Below are positions 11,694 through 21,510 of a stretch of 64,000 nucleotides of DNA, in pieces (position 1 is the stretch's first letter; each line of letters opens with the position of its first letter). Both the position numbers and the translations under genes were made by a program. The notes below the pieces were generated by a model that worked only from the letters and a program-made list of their open reading frames with translations, ran no database searches and was not told the DNA's origin. This DNA is from Candidatus Aminicenantes bacterium. GTDB taxonomy: Bacteria; Acidobacteriota; Aminicenantia; Aminicenantales; JAFGBC01. The stretch is taken from NCBI GenBank assembly GCA_963702005.1, contig OY969696.1, positions 928,001 to 992,000 of the forward strand, read 5' to 3'.

Positions 11694-12667
11694 AGATCCG
11701 AATCCGCGGAATGCTCATCCTCCTCGTCGGACTCGCCGTCGCCGCAGCGGCGGGCGCCCAGCAGGTCATCGAGGAGATCGTCGCCGTCGTCAACGACGAC
11801 ATCATCACGCTCTCCGATTACCGTCGCCAGCACGACGCCTTCGTCCAGATGCTCAGGTCCCAACTCCAGGGCGAAGAGTACGAAAAGCAGTATCAGCAGA
11901 TGAAGGCGGAGCTCCTGAACACGATGATCACCAACATCCTCCTCCTCCAGCTCGCCCGCGAGAAGCAGCTCAACGTCTCCGAGCAGCTCAAGCTTGTGAT
12001 CGAGAACATCAAGAAGCAGAACAACATCGAATCCGACGAGGACCTCCGGCGCGAGCTGGCCAAGCAAGGGCTCGCCTGGGAGGACTGGACGAAGCAGCAG
12101 GAGGAGTACCTCCTCAATCAAGCCGTCATCTATACCGAGGTCGAACGGGCCATCGTCATCGATGAATCCGAAATCGTCGCCTACTACAAGGACCACCGCG
12201 GCGAGTTCGTCGAGCCCGAGGAGTACAAGCTCCGCGGCCTGTATATCTCCGACGAGAACCGAACCCCCGAGGAGGTCGAGGCCCGCAAGGCCGAGGTCCT
12301 GGCCAAGCTCGACGCGGGCGAGGACTGGGGGGCCGTGGCCGCCGCTTCCAGCGACGGTCCGACCAAGGACTCCAAGGGCGAGCTGGGGACGTTTAAGAAG
12401 GGAGAGCTCGAAAAGAGCCTCGAGGAGGCCGTCAGCAAAATCAAGCCGGCGGAGCGCACGCCCTGGCTCAGCGTCAAGAACGGCTGGTACCTCATCCGGC
12501 TCGACGAGAAGAAGGACAGCCGGCAGCTGAGCTTCGAGGAATCGCGGAAGGCGATCGAGGAGAAGATCTACAACGAACGGAAGCAGAAGAAGCTCGAAGA
12601 GTTCCTGAAGAACCTCCGCGAAAAAAGCTACGTCAAGATCCTCATCCCCGACCCCCTCGGCCGCTAG
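11690..12667 (+). CDS. surA: SurA-like chaperone / peptidyl-prolyl isomerase
   Basis: Signal peptide, EEIVAVVNDDIIT SurA N-domain, KGELG and GWYLIRL rotamase motifs; ATGA overlap with upstream gene. Confidence 0.8.
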   Translation: MKIRIRGMLILLVGLAVAAAAGAQQVIEEIVAVVNDDIITLSDYRRQHDAFVQMLRSQLQGEEYEKQYQQMKAELLNTMITNILLLQLAREKQLNVSEQLKLVIENIKKQNNIESDEDLRRELAKQGLAWEDWTKQQEEYLLNQAVIYTEVERAIVIDESEIVAYYKDHRGEFVEPEEYKLRGLYISDENRTPEEVEARKAEVLAKLDAGEDWGAVAAASSDGPTKDSKGELGTFKKGELEKSLEEAVSKIKPAERTPWLSVKNGWYLIRLDEKKDSRQLSFEESRKAIEEKIYNERKQKKLEEFLKNLREKSYVKILIPDPLGR

Positions 12668-12670
12668 CCG

Positions 12671-13225
12671 TCAGGGGATCAGCACCGCCGCGGCGAAGGC
12701 CGTCGTCCACAGCCCTTTTTTCCCCGTCGTCGTCTGGGTGATGTTGCGGGCCTTGACGGTCAGCTTTTCCGAGATCCGGTAGATCTTCTTCTTTTCGTCC
12801 CAGATGGCCTTGATGTCCGAGATGTTCTTGCCCAGCGTCGTCGCCAGCATCTCGGCCGCCAGGTCCTCGGCGTACTGGCCGGCCTCCCGCTCGGTCTGGC
12901 CGAAGCTGTGGTGCTCGGACAGGTACCCGTAATGCTTGGGGTCGTTCGGGACGGCCAGCCCGACGGCGGCCGAGATGAGCCGGTGGGCCTCGTTCGTGGC
13001 GTTCTCGCTCATGACCAGGAACAGGATCTGTCCGGGCTTGAGGAGCGTAAGGCCCTGGTCCCGGGAAATCAGCTTGCAATGGGGCGGGAAAATGCTCGAA
13101 ACCTTGACAAGGTTGAAGGGCGCGATTCCGGCCTGGCGCAAGGCCTGTTCCAGGCTGGCGAGCTTCTCTTTGTGCTGCCCCATCCCCTTGGTCAGGAAGA
13201 TGCGGCGCGGGATGGTCGTCGTCAT
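12671..13225 (-). CDS. pdaD: Pyruvoyl-dependent arginine decarboxylase
   Basis: IFLTKG, ALRQAGIAPFNLVKVSSIFPP (SS self-cleavage site), YGYLSEHH; start at MTTTIPRR. Confidence 0.9.
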   Translation of the reverse strand: MTTTIPRRIFLTKGMGQHKEKLASLEQALRQAGIAPFNLVKVSSIFPPHCKLISRDQGLTLLKPGQILFLVMSENATNEAHRLISAAVGLAVPNDPKHYGYLSEHHSFGQTEREAGQYAEDLAAEMLATTLGKNISDIKAIWDEKKKIYRISEKLTVKARNITQTTTGKKGLWTTAFAAAVLIP

Positions 13226-13235
13226 CGGCGCCGGG

Positions 13236-13793
13236 TCATTTTTTGACGGTCTCGCTCGGCTTTTCCCCCAGCCCGACCGGCTCGGGCTCCTTGAAGTCGA
13301 TCGTCTTGGAGACCTCATATTCGCCCAGCAGGACGAAGGGCGATCCCTTGGATTGAGCGAACAAACGGACCTGGTATGTTTTCCAGGCAGGGTTCGACTT
13401 GAACTGGGCCAGGTTCTTAGCCTCGACGCCGAGGTTGCTCTTGAGGCTGATCGTATCGCTCGTCCCGGCCGGCGGGACCGGTGTCCCGCGGATGGCGGCC
13501 AGGAAGCAGTCTCCCAAGTTTTCCTTGTCGCCCCATGCCTGGAAAATGGCGTTGAAGTTGATGTAGGACAGGGGTTTGTCGGAGATATTCTTGACCTTGA
13601 AGGAGACGACCGGGACGAGGATGAGCCGGGGCGGCCAAGGTTGATAGTACTTGGACACCCACTTCGTTTCGACGCCGAGAATCTCCATGGAAGCCTTGAG
13701 CTCGGCGGACGTCGTGGATTTGATGCAGGCGGCCGGGATGAGGGCGAGCCCCAGGACGGCCAGTATGGCAAGGGCGGGGAAAGCTCTTTTCAT
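13236..13793 (-). CDS. Hypothetical lipoprotein
   Basis: MKRAFPALAILAVLGLALIPAAC lipoprotein signal; AGGAGG RBS. Confidence 0.75.
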   Translation of the reverse strand: MKRAFPALAILAVLGLALIPAACIKSTTSAELKASMEILGVETKWVSKYYQPWPPRLILVPVVSFKVKNISDKPLSYINFNAIFQAWGDKENLGDCFLAAIRGTPVPPAGTSDTISLKSNLGVEAKNLAQFKSNPAWKTYQVRLFAQSKGSPFVLLGEYEVSKTIDFKEPEPVGLGEKPSETVKK

Positions 13794-13874
13794 GTCTGTC
13801 CTCCTTGTTCCGGAACAGGACAAATATACTGGATGAGGCTTCATAATGCAACGACGGCCCGGACGGCCCGCCCG

Positions 13875-15050
13875 TTAACGGCGCACGATCCGGGAGGCGG
13901 GCACCAGCTCGACGCCGTAGACGTCGAGAAGGGGCAGCAGGTTCTTGAGGGTTCGGAGCGTGTTCTCGAACGGATGCCCGATCGCGATCGCGCCGTCCTT
14001 TTTGCGGGCCAGCCGGAGAAACTCGAAGAACTGGGCCTTGACGTCCGAGGCCGCGCCGTCGGCGTCGAGAAAGACGTCCCGGTAGGCCGAGGGAACGTTC
14101 ATCCCCAGCGCCAATTCGTAAGCCAGGGACCGTCCGCTCGTCCGGCTATCGATGAAGAACAGCCCGCGCTCCTTGAAGAGGGACAGGATGAATTTCATCA
14201 TCGGCTCGTCGGCGGTGATCCTCGATCCCATGTGGTTGTTGGCGCCGTCGACGCCGGGGACCCGGCTCAGCATGTCGTCGAAGGTCGCCCGGACTTGGGC
14301 TTCGCTCATCCCGGCCAGGATGAATCCGTTCCCGTCGCTCCCGCCTTCATGATTGGCGACGGATTCGAGCGGGAGATGGAGGATGACGTCCAAGCCGCAG
14401 GCGCGGGCCTTGGCCGCGGTCTCCTTGGCGAAAGGGCTCATGGGCAGGACGGCCACGGTCAGCGGCCGGGCCAGCGCGCAGATGTCCGATATGGCCTGGA
14501 GGCTGTTGCCCATGTCGTCGATAATGAGGGCGGCCCGATTCCGGCCCCTCGGGCCGGCGGGAGGCTTCTCCGCCGCCCTCGGTTTCGGCTCGTCGGGGCG
14601 GCAGCGGAAGACGATCTCCAGGCGGCCGCCCTCCCGTCCTTCGATGTCCCAGCGGCGGACGATGGCCGTCTCGACCGGCTCCTCCTTTTTGACGAGGACC
14701 GCGGCGTTGAGGGCGGCCAGCTCCTTGAGCAGGAAGGCCTCGATCGCGTCATAGCGGCTCTGGACGAGATCGATCCTCAGGTTGAGCCGTCCCGTCGCAT
14801 CCCTGCCTTCTTTGACGGACCGGCCCCGGACCTCCTGGGAAGCGAGGGCCTTGACGAGGCTTCGGGCGAGCGCTTCTTCGGGCGAGGCCGGCTGCCTGGA
14901 AGGAAGAAGCCTGGCAAAGATGTGGGAGCGCGCGCCTTTCGTGTACTGGACGTAATCGAGGCCGAGGACGGCCATCAGGGCGAGAAGAATGAGGATTATA
15001 ACGATAGACGTCGAAGGGGATCTTCCCTTGGCGAGGCCGCTCTTCCACAT
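13875..15050 (-). CDS. Divergent polysaccharide deacetylase family (YibQ-like)
   Basis: IIDDMG, LHLPLE, NNHMGS, FFIDSRTS, RDVFLD and AIGHP motifs; N-terminal TM. Confidence 0.9.
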   Translation of the reverse strand: MWKSGLAKGRSPSTSIVIILILLALMAVLGLDYVQYTKGARSHIFARLLPSRQPASPEEALARSLVKALASQEVRGRSVKEGRDATGRLNLRIDLVQSRYDAIEAFLLKELAALNAAVLVKKEEPVETAIVRRWDIEGREGGRLEIVFRCRPDEPKPRAAEKPPAGPRGRNRAALIIDDMGNSLQAISDICALARPLTVAVLPMSPFAKETAAKARACGLDVILHLPLESVANHEGGSDGNGFILAGMSEAQVRATFDDMLSRVPGVDGANNHMGSRITADEPMMKFILSLFKERGLFFIDSRTSGRSLAYELALGMNVPSAYRDVFLDADGAASDVKAQFFEFLRLARKKDGAIAIGHPFENTLRTLKNLLPLLDVYGVELVPASRIVRR

Positions 15051-15053
15051 CCG

Positions 15054-16184
15054 TTAAAGCTTGGCGGCGAGCTCTTGAGTCTTTTTGAGGTAGGAAGCCG
15101 TGTCGCTTTTGCCCGATTCAAGGGGGAGGTCGGGGACGACCCCCTTGTCCCAGAGCTTCCGGCCCGAGGGGAGGACATAGAGGCCCGAGGTCAAGAGGAG
15201 CGCGCTTCCGTCCTCGAGGCGGAAGATACTTTGGCGGGAGGCGAGGCCGATCGTTTCGAACCCGACGACACGCGCCCGTTTCGATTCCTGAAGAAGGCCG
15301 GCCGCGGCCTCGGCCGCGCCAATCGTCGCCGGGCCGGTCCAGACGACGAGGGGAACGCTCTCGACGAGCGGAGCCTCCGGGCAGGCCAGGTTCTCGCGAA
15401 GGTCCCGTCTTTCGAGGGCGCCCGCGCTATCGATCTTGAGGAAAACATTGACCAGCTTGATGGCCTCGGGAACGGTCCCTTCCGCGCACTGGCGCAGGTC
15501 GAGGACGAGCGGGCCTTTCGCGGCCTTCAGGCGCTTGGCCAGGGATCCGCGCAAAGCCTGGGCGGCGCCCTGGGTGGTGCCGAAAGTCAGAATCAGCGGG
15601 CCGCCGTTCGACTCGGTCCAGCGAACGGGCCCGTCCGACAGGGTTTTCCGCCCGACAACGACTTCCTGGGTCGCGGTCTCCTTCAGGACGCGAATCCGGA
15701 CGGGCTTGTCCTGGGCGCTTTTAAGGGCGAGCCGGGCCTCGACCAGGCTCATGGCCAGGGTCGAATGATCGTCGAAGGCGCTCAGGGAGTCGCCGGGCTT
15801 GATGCCGCTCTTTTCGGCGGGAGACCCCTCGACGACGCTCAGGACCTGGGGAAAAAGGTTGTATCTCTTGAAAAGGATGATGCCCGTCTCCTTGAGCGGG
15901 CTCCGCCGGTCGGCTTCGTAGACGGCCAGGGTGTCTTTGTCCAGATAGGCGGAGAGCGGATCCAGGCTGTTGACGAGGCCGCGATAGGCGCCGCCCATCG
16001 TTTGATCGGCGTTGCGCTCCTCGACGTAATCGTTCTTGATGAGGTCGGCGACGGAGCGCACCAGCGCGAAATCCTTGTCGGACTGGCCGGCCGGCGACGT
16101 GCCGGGCAGGAAGCTCCGGCCCAGGAGAACGAGCAGGATCAGCGCGGCCGCTCCGCTCAGGAGGACGTAGCGTTTCATGTTCAT
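15054..16184 (-). CDS. S41/CtpA-like PDZ protein with degenerate catalytic motifs
   Basis: LDPLSAYL, PDZ (GSPAEKSGIKPGD), LVLDLR, GVVPD; position between envC and yibQ is typical of ctpA. Confidence 0.8.
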   Translation of the reverse strand: MNMKRYVLLSGAAALILLVLLGRSFLPGTSPAGQSDKDFALVRSVADLIKNDYVEERNADQTMGGAYRGLVNSLDPLSAYLDKDTLAVYEADRRSPLKETGIILFKRYNLFPQVLSVVEGSPAEKSGIKPGDSLSAFDDHSTLAMSLVEARLALKSAQDKPVRIRVLKETATQEVVVGRKTLSDGPVRWTESNGGPLILTFGTTQGAAQALRGSLAKRLKAAKGPLVLDLRQCAEGTVPEAIKLVNVFLKIDSAGALERRDLRENLACPEAPLVESVPLVVWTGPATIGAAEAAAGLLQESKRARVVGFETIGLASRQSIFRLEDGSALLLTSGLYVLPSGRKLWDKGVVPDLPLESGKSDTASYLKKTQELAAKL

Positions 16185-16211
16185 GGTTGCAGCGATAGAA
16201 AAGCTATTCTA

Positions 16212-17408
16212 TCACTTCTTTTTCAGCCAAAGCAAGGGATCGAGAGCCAGGGTTCGGAAGCGTATCTCGAAGTAGAGGGTCGGTCCCTTGAGCGAGCCGT
16301 AATCGCCGGCCACCGCCAGAGGCTGGCCGTCGCGGACAATGTCCCCGAGCCGGACCAGGAACTCGGAGCAGTGGGCGTAGAGGGTGTAATAAGTCAGGCC
16401 GTGGTCGAGGATGAGGAGGTTCCCGTAGCCTTGGAGAAAGTCCGCGAAGACGACCTTGCCGGTGTGGACGGCCACGACGATCAGGCTGTCCTTGCGGGGG
16501 ACGATTTCGATCCCGTTGTTCTTGACGGCCGTGTTGAACCGGGCGTGCCGCTGGATGCCGAAGCTGGTCGCGACGCTGCCCTCGATTGGCCAGGGGATGC
16601 GGCCCTTCTTGTCCGAGAGGGGGATCGGGATGAAGGGAAGGGCGGACGCCCGGCCGGCCAGCTTTTTCATCAGGATCTGGAGCTCCTCGGCGCTCGCCTT
16701 GAGTTCCTCCAGGTTCTGCTCGAACGTCTTTTTGTTCTCCTCGATCCGGGTCAGAAGGTCCCTGTTTTTCCGCTCCTCGGCCTCGACCTCGGCCCTCTTG
16801 CCGCGGGCCTTGCCGGCCAGCGACGCGATCTCGGCCCGCTTGGACTCGAGGGCCGTCCGGGTCGCTTCGAGCTCGCCCAGGGTCTTCAAGTATTCGGCGA
16901 TCGTCGTCTCCTGGTAGCGGGCCAGTCCGGCCAGGAGCTTGCTCTCGCTGAACAGGACCTGGACGCTCTCGGCCTGGAGCAGGGACTGGAAGAGGTCGAA
17001 ACGGCCGAATTTATAGAGGGCGACCAGCGTCCGCTCCATGGACCGTTTTTCGGCGTCGAGACGGGCTTGGAGCTCGCCCGACTTTTTCCGCAGGTTCCCC
17101 AGCTCGCGGCCGTTCTTGTCGAGCTGGACCTCCAAGAGGGAGAGCTCCTTCTGGAGGAGGCTCTTGGTCAGGCTGATCCGCGCCAGCTGGCTGAGGATGG
17201 TCTCCTGTTTCTGATCCTCCTCGGCCAGCCGGGCCTTGAGGCCCGTGATCTGGTCGTTGATCTCGGCCAGCCGCTTTTCGTATTCCGAGAGGTCCTGGGC
17301 GCCCTGAGCCGGCTGGGCTTGATAAGGACCCGGCGAAGCGGGGCGGACCGAGGCCAGAAGAAAAGTCCAGGCCCCCAGCAGGATCGCGGCCCATCGTCGT
17401 CGGATCAT
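16212..17408 (-). CDS. envC: EnvC-like murein hydrolase activator (coiled coil plus degenerate M23)
   Basis: Signal peptide, long coiled coil, WPIEG, NNGIEI, GYGNLLILDHG, LYFEIR. Confidence 0.8.
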   Translation of the reverse strand: MIRRRWAAILLGAWTFLLASVRPASPGPYQAQPAQGAQDLSEYEKRLAEINDQITGLKARLAEEDQKQETILSQLARISLTKSLLQKELSLLEVQLDKNGRELGNLRKKSGELQARLDAEKRSMERTLVALYKFGRFDLFQSLLQAESVQVLFSESKLLAGLARYQETTIAEYLKTLGELEATRTALESKRAEIASLAGKARGKRAEVEAEERKNRDLLTRIEENKKTFEQNLEELKASAEELQILMKKLAGRASALPFIPIPLSDKKGRIPWPIEGSVATSFGIQRHARFNTAVKNNGIEIVPRKDSLIVVAVHTGKVVFADFLQGYGNLLILDHGLTYYTLYAHCSEFLVRLGDIVRDGQPLAVAGDYGSLKGPTLYFEIRFRTLALDPLLWLKKK

Positions 17409-18370
17409 TTTCGAAGGACGTAGATGACGCCGCCGGCGGCCCCCACGACGAGGCCGATGCCGACCTCGACGAGCGAGAACGAGAAGGCCGTCCCGGCGCC
17501 GATCCCGTAGAATTTGAAAATCTCGATATAGGAGGCCTCGCGGATTCCCCAGCCGTTGATGGAGACAGGAATCGTCTGGACGAGGAGGACGATCGGGATG
17601 AAGATGAAATAATCCAAGGGCCGGATGTCGAGGCGGAAGGCCTTTCCGATCAGGATGTAGTAGATGACGACGTTGACCTGGAGGAGGAGGGCCCAGAGCA
17701 GAGCCGCCAGGAAGGGGCCCGGCCGCTTTCGGTAGTGGAGGACCGTTTCCCGGAAGCGAAGGGCCTTGTCCTTGAACCAGCCGAAGACGCCCCGCTCGGG
17801 CAGGGCTTCGAGGGCGCGCCGGGCGATGGGCGTGAAGAAGAGGACGATGCAGAGAAGGCCGGCGCAGCCGAGAAGAAGCGCGGCCCAGATGACGGGGACG
17901 CGGCGGGCCATCTCGATCCGGAACAGGGAGGCGACGAGCGCGAACAGGAACAGGACGATGATCCCGGTCAGCCGCTCGACGGCGACGATGGCCGAGGACT
18001 TGAGGAGGGAACGCGAGAAGCGGGAGCCGTCCCAGATCCGGACGATGTCCCCGCCGAAGCGGGTCGGCAGGAAGATGTTGAAAAACTGCCCGACCAGGTA
18101 GGAGCGGGCCAGGAATCCGAGCGGAACCTCGTCGCCCTGGGCCCGGGCCAGGATCTGCCAGCGGTAGGCGCTGATGAGAAGGCCGACGGCGTGGAGGGAG
18201 AAAGCGACCAGGATCCAGCCCGGACGGACCGTGCGGAGGACGTTGAGGATGTCCCGGACCGCGACCTTGGAGACGAGAAGAAAGACGAGAATCGAGGCGC
18301 TGAAGACGAGCTTGGGGATGAACCAGAGGGGGCGCCTTTTTCCTGCTTTGACCATGGAGAGCTTTTTCAT
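17405..18370 (-). CDS. Lysylphosphatidylglycerol synthase TM / flippase-like membrane protein
   Basis: Multi-TM; AYRW, FLPTRFGGD, VAVERLTG and IPVSINGWGIRE motifs. Confidence 0.85.
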   Translation of the reverse strand: MKKLSMVKAGKRRPLWFIPKLVFSASILVFLLVSKVAVRDILNVLRTVRPGWILVAFSLHAVGLLISAYRWQILARAQGDEVPLGFLARSYLVGQFFNIFLPTRFGGDIVRIWDGSRFSRSLLKSSAIVAVERLTGIIVLFLFALVASLFRIEMARRVPVIWAALLLGCAGLLCIVLFFTPIARRALEALPERGVFGWFKDKALRFRETVLHYRKRPGPFLAALLWALLLQVNVVIYYILIGKAFRLDIRPLDYFIFIPIVLLVQTIPVSINGWGIREASYIEIFKFYGIGAGTAFSFSLVEVGIGLVVGAAGGVIYVLRK

Positions 18371-18388
18371 TTATAGTTTATCGAGCCC

Positions 18389-20704
18389 ATGATGTCAAAC
18401 GACGCTTTCGAAGGAAAGCTTGTCGGCGACGCGCGCCGCATCTGGGAAGCCGCGCTGAAGGCCGCGGACGCCGAACGGCTCACGGCCGGCGCCCTGGCCC
18501 GGCGGGGGAAGAAGCTTGTCGTGGGGGACAGGAGGTTCGACCTCCGGCGTTATCGGCGAATTTTCCTGTGCGCCTTCGGCAAGGCGGGGCCGGTCATGGC
18601 CCGGGGCGCGATGTCCGTACTGGGCGACAAGGTCTCGGAAGGGATCGTGGTCGGGCCCGACCTTTCCATGCCCGGAGCCGAAAAACTCCGGTTCCTTCCG
18701 GCCGCCCATCCGCTTCCCGACGAGCGGAGCGTCCGGGCGGCCGAGGCTATTCTCGAACTGGCCGGGAGAGCCGGGGCCGACGACCTTCTGGTCGTGCTCA
18801 TCTCGGGCGGCGGTTCGGCCCAGGTCGCGCTCCCTGCCGGAGACGTGACGATCGAGGAGAAGCGGCGCCTGACGGACGAGCTTATGCGCGCGGGCGCCGG
18901 GATCGACGAGCTCAACGCCGTCCGCCGGCGCTTGTCGGCCTTCAAAAGCGGCAAGCTCGCCCGGATCGCGTTCCCCGCCTCGGTCCTAAGCCTCGTCCTG
19001 TCCGATGTCGTCGGGAACGACCTCTCCGTCATCGCCTCGGGGCCGACCGTCCCCGATCCGGCCGCGCGGGGCGAAGCCAAGAAGGTTTTGATTAAATATG
19101 GGTTGTGGGAAGGGGCTCCCGTTTCGGTCCGATCCGTCTTGGAAGAGGGCGATGCTGTCCAGAGCGACGGCAGCGATCCTGTTTTCGACCGGGTTGTCAA
19201 CGTCCTTGTGGGCGATAACAGCGGCGCCTTGGCGGCCGCGAAGAAGGAAGCCGAGAGGATCGGGTTCCGCTGCTTCGTCCTGACCTCCTCGGACCGCGGG
19301 GAGGCGAGGGAGGCGGCCCGCCGCTACACGGCCCTCCTCGAGATCCTGGCCGTCCAGAGGCCGGTCGTCCGTCCGCTCTGCCTCCTTGCCGGGGGAGAGC
19401 TGACGGTGACCGTGCGCGGGCCGGGGCGGGGCGGCCGGAACCAGGAGTTCGTCCTGGCCTCGCTCATCGAGATGGGGCGGCGCTTCCGGGGCCGGGGCGA
19501 ATGGCTCATCGCCAGCCTGGGCACGGACGGTGTGGATGGGGCGACCGATGCCGCGGGCGCCCGGGCCGGCCCCGCCGTCGGCGAACGGGCCGGAAGCTTG
19601 GCTCTCGATGCCGGCGCGTTCCTGGAAGCCAACGATTCCTACGGCTTTTTCGATCGGACCGGCGGGCTCATCGTGACCGGGCCGACCCGGACCAACGTCA
19701 TGGACATCCGCATCCTTCTCTACGCGCCTCCGAAATCGCTTGCATCCCGCCATTCCCCTTTTCTGCTGATTAAAAAATCAGCCGGCACCATTCTTTGCGT
19801 CCGAATCGGAGGTCTCGGCGACCTCCTGGCGGCGCTTCCTTCCCTACGGCTTATCCGCGGAGCTCGGCCCGGCGCGCGCCTTATCCTGCTGGGCCGCCCC
19901 GACTATGGAGGGCTGTTGCTGCGGACGGGCGCCGTGGACGAGGTCGCGGATGCCGGAGCGGCCGAATTCGCCGGCTTCCTTTCGGGGAGCGCGCAGGGCG
20001 CCGTCGCGGCGCGGCTTTGGCTGGAGCGGTTCTCGCTCGTCGTCGGCTGGATGAACAATCCGGAACGGGGCCGGGCCCTTGAGGCCGTCCTGAGGTCTTT
20101 CGGAAAGGCGAGCGCGATCATCGGCTTTGAGGCGGCGAGCGGCGAGACGGTCAGCCGTTTCTTTTTCGAGCGGACGGCGGCCGCGCTCGCGACCGCGCCG
20201 AAGCCGGGACAATTCGAGGAGTGCGCGCGTCTTCCCCTCCCGGCCGCCGGGCCGGAGCCGAGGGAGCGTCTCGTCCTCATCCACCCTGGAAGCGGGAGCG
20301 CCGAGAAATGCTGGCCGCTCGACCGTTTCCTCGAGATCTCCCGCCGGCTGAGCGGGCAAGGCTTCGCGGGCGGGATCGTCCTGGGAGAGGCCGAGGAACG
20401 GCTCGTCCCCGAGATCAAGCGCGGCGGCTTACCGCCGGATTGGCAGGGACTGGACCGGCCGCCCCTGTCGGTTCTTGCCTATCTTCTCGGCCGCGCCTCC
20501 CTCTACATCGGAAACGACTCGGGGGTGACCCATCTTGCCGCCGCCCGCGGGGCTCCCGTCCTGGCTCTGTTCTTGGAGAAGCACGTCGCGGCTTGGGCCC
20601 CGTTCGGGCGGAGCCGGGTCATCGCCGCCCCGGAAATAACGGCCATCGGGGTCGATCGGGTCTGGGAGGAAGCGGCCGCCCTGCTCGGCCTCGGGGCCGA
20701 TTGA
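18389..20704 (+). CDS. Glycerate kinase type 2 (DUF4147-MOFRL) fused to GT9 heptosyltransferase-like domain
   Basis: AFGKA, HPLPD, ISGGGSA, GGRNQE, GTDGVDG, TGPTRTNVMD; then IGGLGD, HPGSGS..KCWP, GNDSGVTHLAAA in the same frame. Confidence 0.85.
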   Translation: MMSNDAFEGKLVGDARRIWEAALKAADAERLTAGALARRGKKLVVGDRRFDLRRYRRIFLCAFGKAGPVMARGAMSVLGDKVSEGIVVGPDLSMPGAEKLRFLPAAHPLPDERSVRAAEAILELAGRAGADDLLVVLISGGGSAQVALPAGDVTIEEKRRLTDELMRAGAGIDELNAVRRRLSAFKSGKLARIAFPASVLSLVLSDVVGNDLSVIASGPTVPDPAARGEAKKVLIKYGLWEGAPVSVRSVLEEGDAVQSDGSDPVFDRVVNVLVGDNSGALAAAKKEAERIGFRCFVLTSSDRGEAREAARRYTALLEILAVQRPVVRPLCLLAGGELTVTVRGPGRGGRNQEFVLASLIEMGRRFRGRGEWLIASLGTDGVDGATDAAGARAGPAVGERAGSLALDAGAFLEANDSYGFFDRTGGLIVTGPTRTNVMDIRILLYAPPKSLASRHSPFLLIKKSAGTILCVRIGGLGDLLAALPSLRLIRGARPGARLILLGRPDYGGLLLRTGAVDEVADAGAAEFAGFLSGSAQGAVAARLWLERFSLVVGWMNNPERGRALEAVLRSFGKASAIIGFEAASGETVSRFFFERTAAALATAPKPGQFEECARLPLPAAGPEPRERLVLIHPGSGSAEKCWPLDRFLEISRRLSGQGFAGGIVLGEAEERLVPEIKRGGLPPDWQGLDRPPLSVLAYLLGRASLYIGNDSGVTHLAAARGAPVLALFLEKHVAAWAPFGRSRVIAAPEITAIGVDRVWEEAAALLGLGAD

Positions 20705-21011
20705 GCGGCGCTGTCCGAAATCATGTGCAAATCGCCGAAACACCAGCGGAATCAAGGGGATGGCGGCGGATTCCACAGGATATTGACAGGTTTATCCACA
20801 TCCCCGGCGAGGCGGCGGGTCCTCCCTGAAATTACGGAATTTTGTATTTGAAATTGTCCCGGTTTGTGCTAACATGAATTCGGCTCTCTTTCGCCGGCTG
20901 GAGAGGGCTCCCTCAACTTTTCCAATCATCACCCCCTTTTGCTGACCTCAGCCGGCACCCTTCCGCGCGGCCTTTTCCCTTGACTTCCGATTGTGGTAAT
21001 ATAGTCGCAAG

Positions 21012-21491
21012 ATGACCGAAGCGAGCATGCCCGACGAGAAGTGGAAGGATCAGCTCCGAACCTACTTCGAACACCTCCGGATCATCGAGAAGTGCAAGCA
21101 CGACACCCTGGAGCACTTCGCCCAATTCACGGAGTTCATCGCCGAGCCGGCCTGCGAGGCCCTCGAGGACGAGCTCAAGCCCCATGGGATCAAGGTCAGC
21201 TTCGCGAAAGAGAGGGGCTCGTCCCTGGCCTTCAACATCGCCTTTCCCAGGTCCAAGGAGACGAATTTCAGCTACATGATCCTGCTGCCCAAGAACTCGG
21301 TCGAGCTCAAGCTCAACAGGAAAACGGTCGGCCGGCGCACCCCCCGGAGCCTGACCATGGAGGAGTTCGGACCGTTCTTCGAGGGGCTGAGCTCGATCGA
21401 GCTGATGAAACTGACCAAGGAGCGGCTCCTCGAGGACGTCATCGCCCGCTACCGGGATTTCCGCTTCCGGTCGCTGACCCTGCCCGACTGA
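21012..21491 (+). CDS. Hypothetical protein (159 aa)
   Basis: Strong GC3 codon bias, fills the gap, promoter-like sequence upstream. Confidence 0.7.
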   Translation: MTEASMPDEKWKDQLRTYFEHLRIIEKCKHDTLEHFAQFTEFIAEPACEALEDELKPHGIKVSFAKERGSSLAFNIAFPRSKETNFSYMILLPKNSVELKLNRKTVGRRTPRSLTMEEFGPFFEGLSSIELMKLTKERLLEDVIARYRDFRFRSLTLPD

Positions 21492-21510
21492 GCGGGCCGG
21501 CGCCCGCCCC

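Noticed and set aside
16212-17408. Degenerate M23 zinc site
   Set aside because: Normal for EnvC-type activators
12936-17423. 1495-aa plus-strand ORF
   Set aside because: Antisense shadow of five well-supported minus-strand genes; no motifs, typical of high-GC DNA
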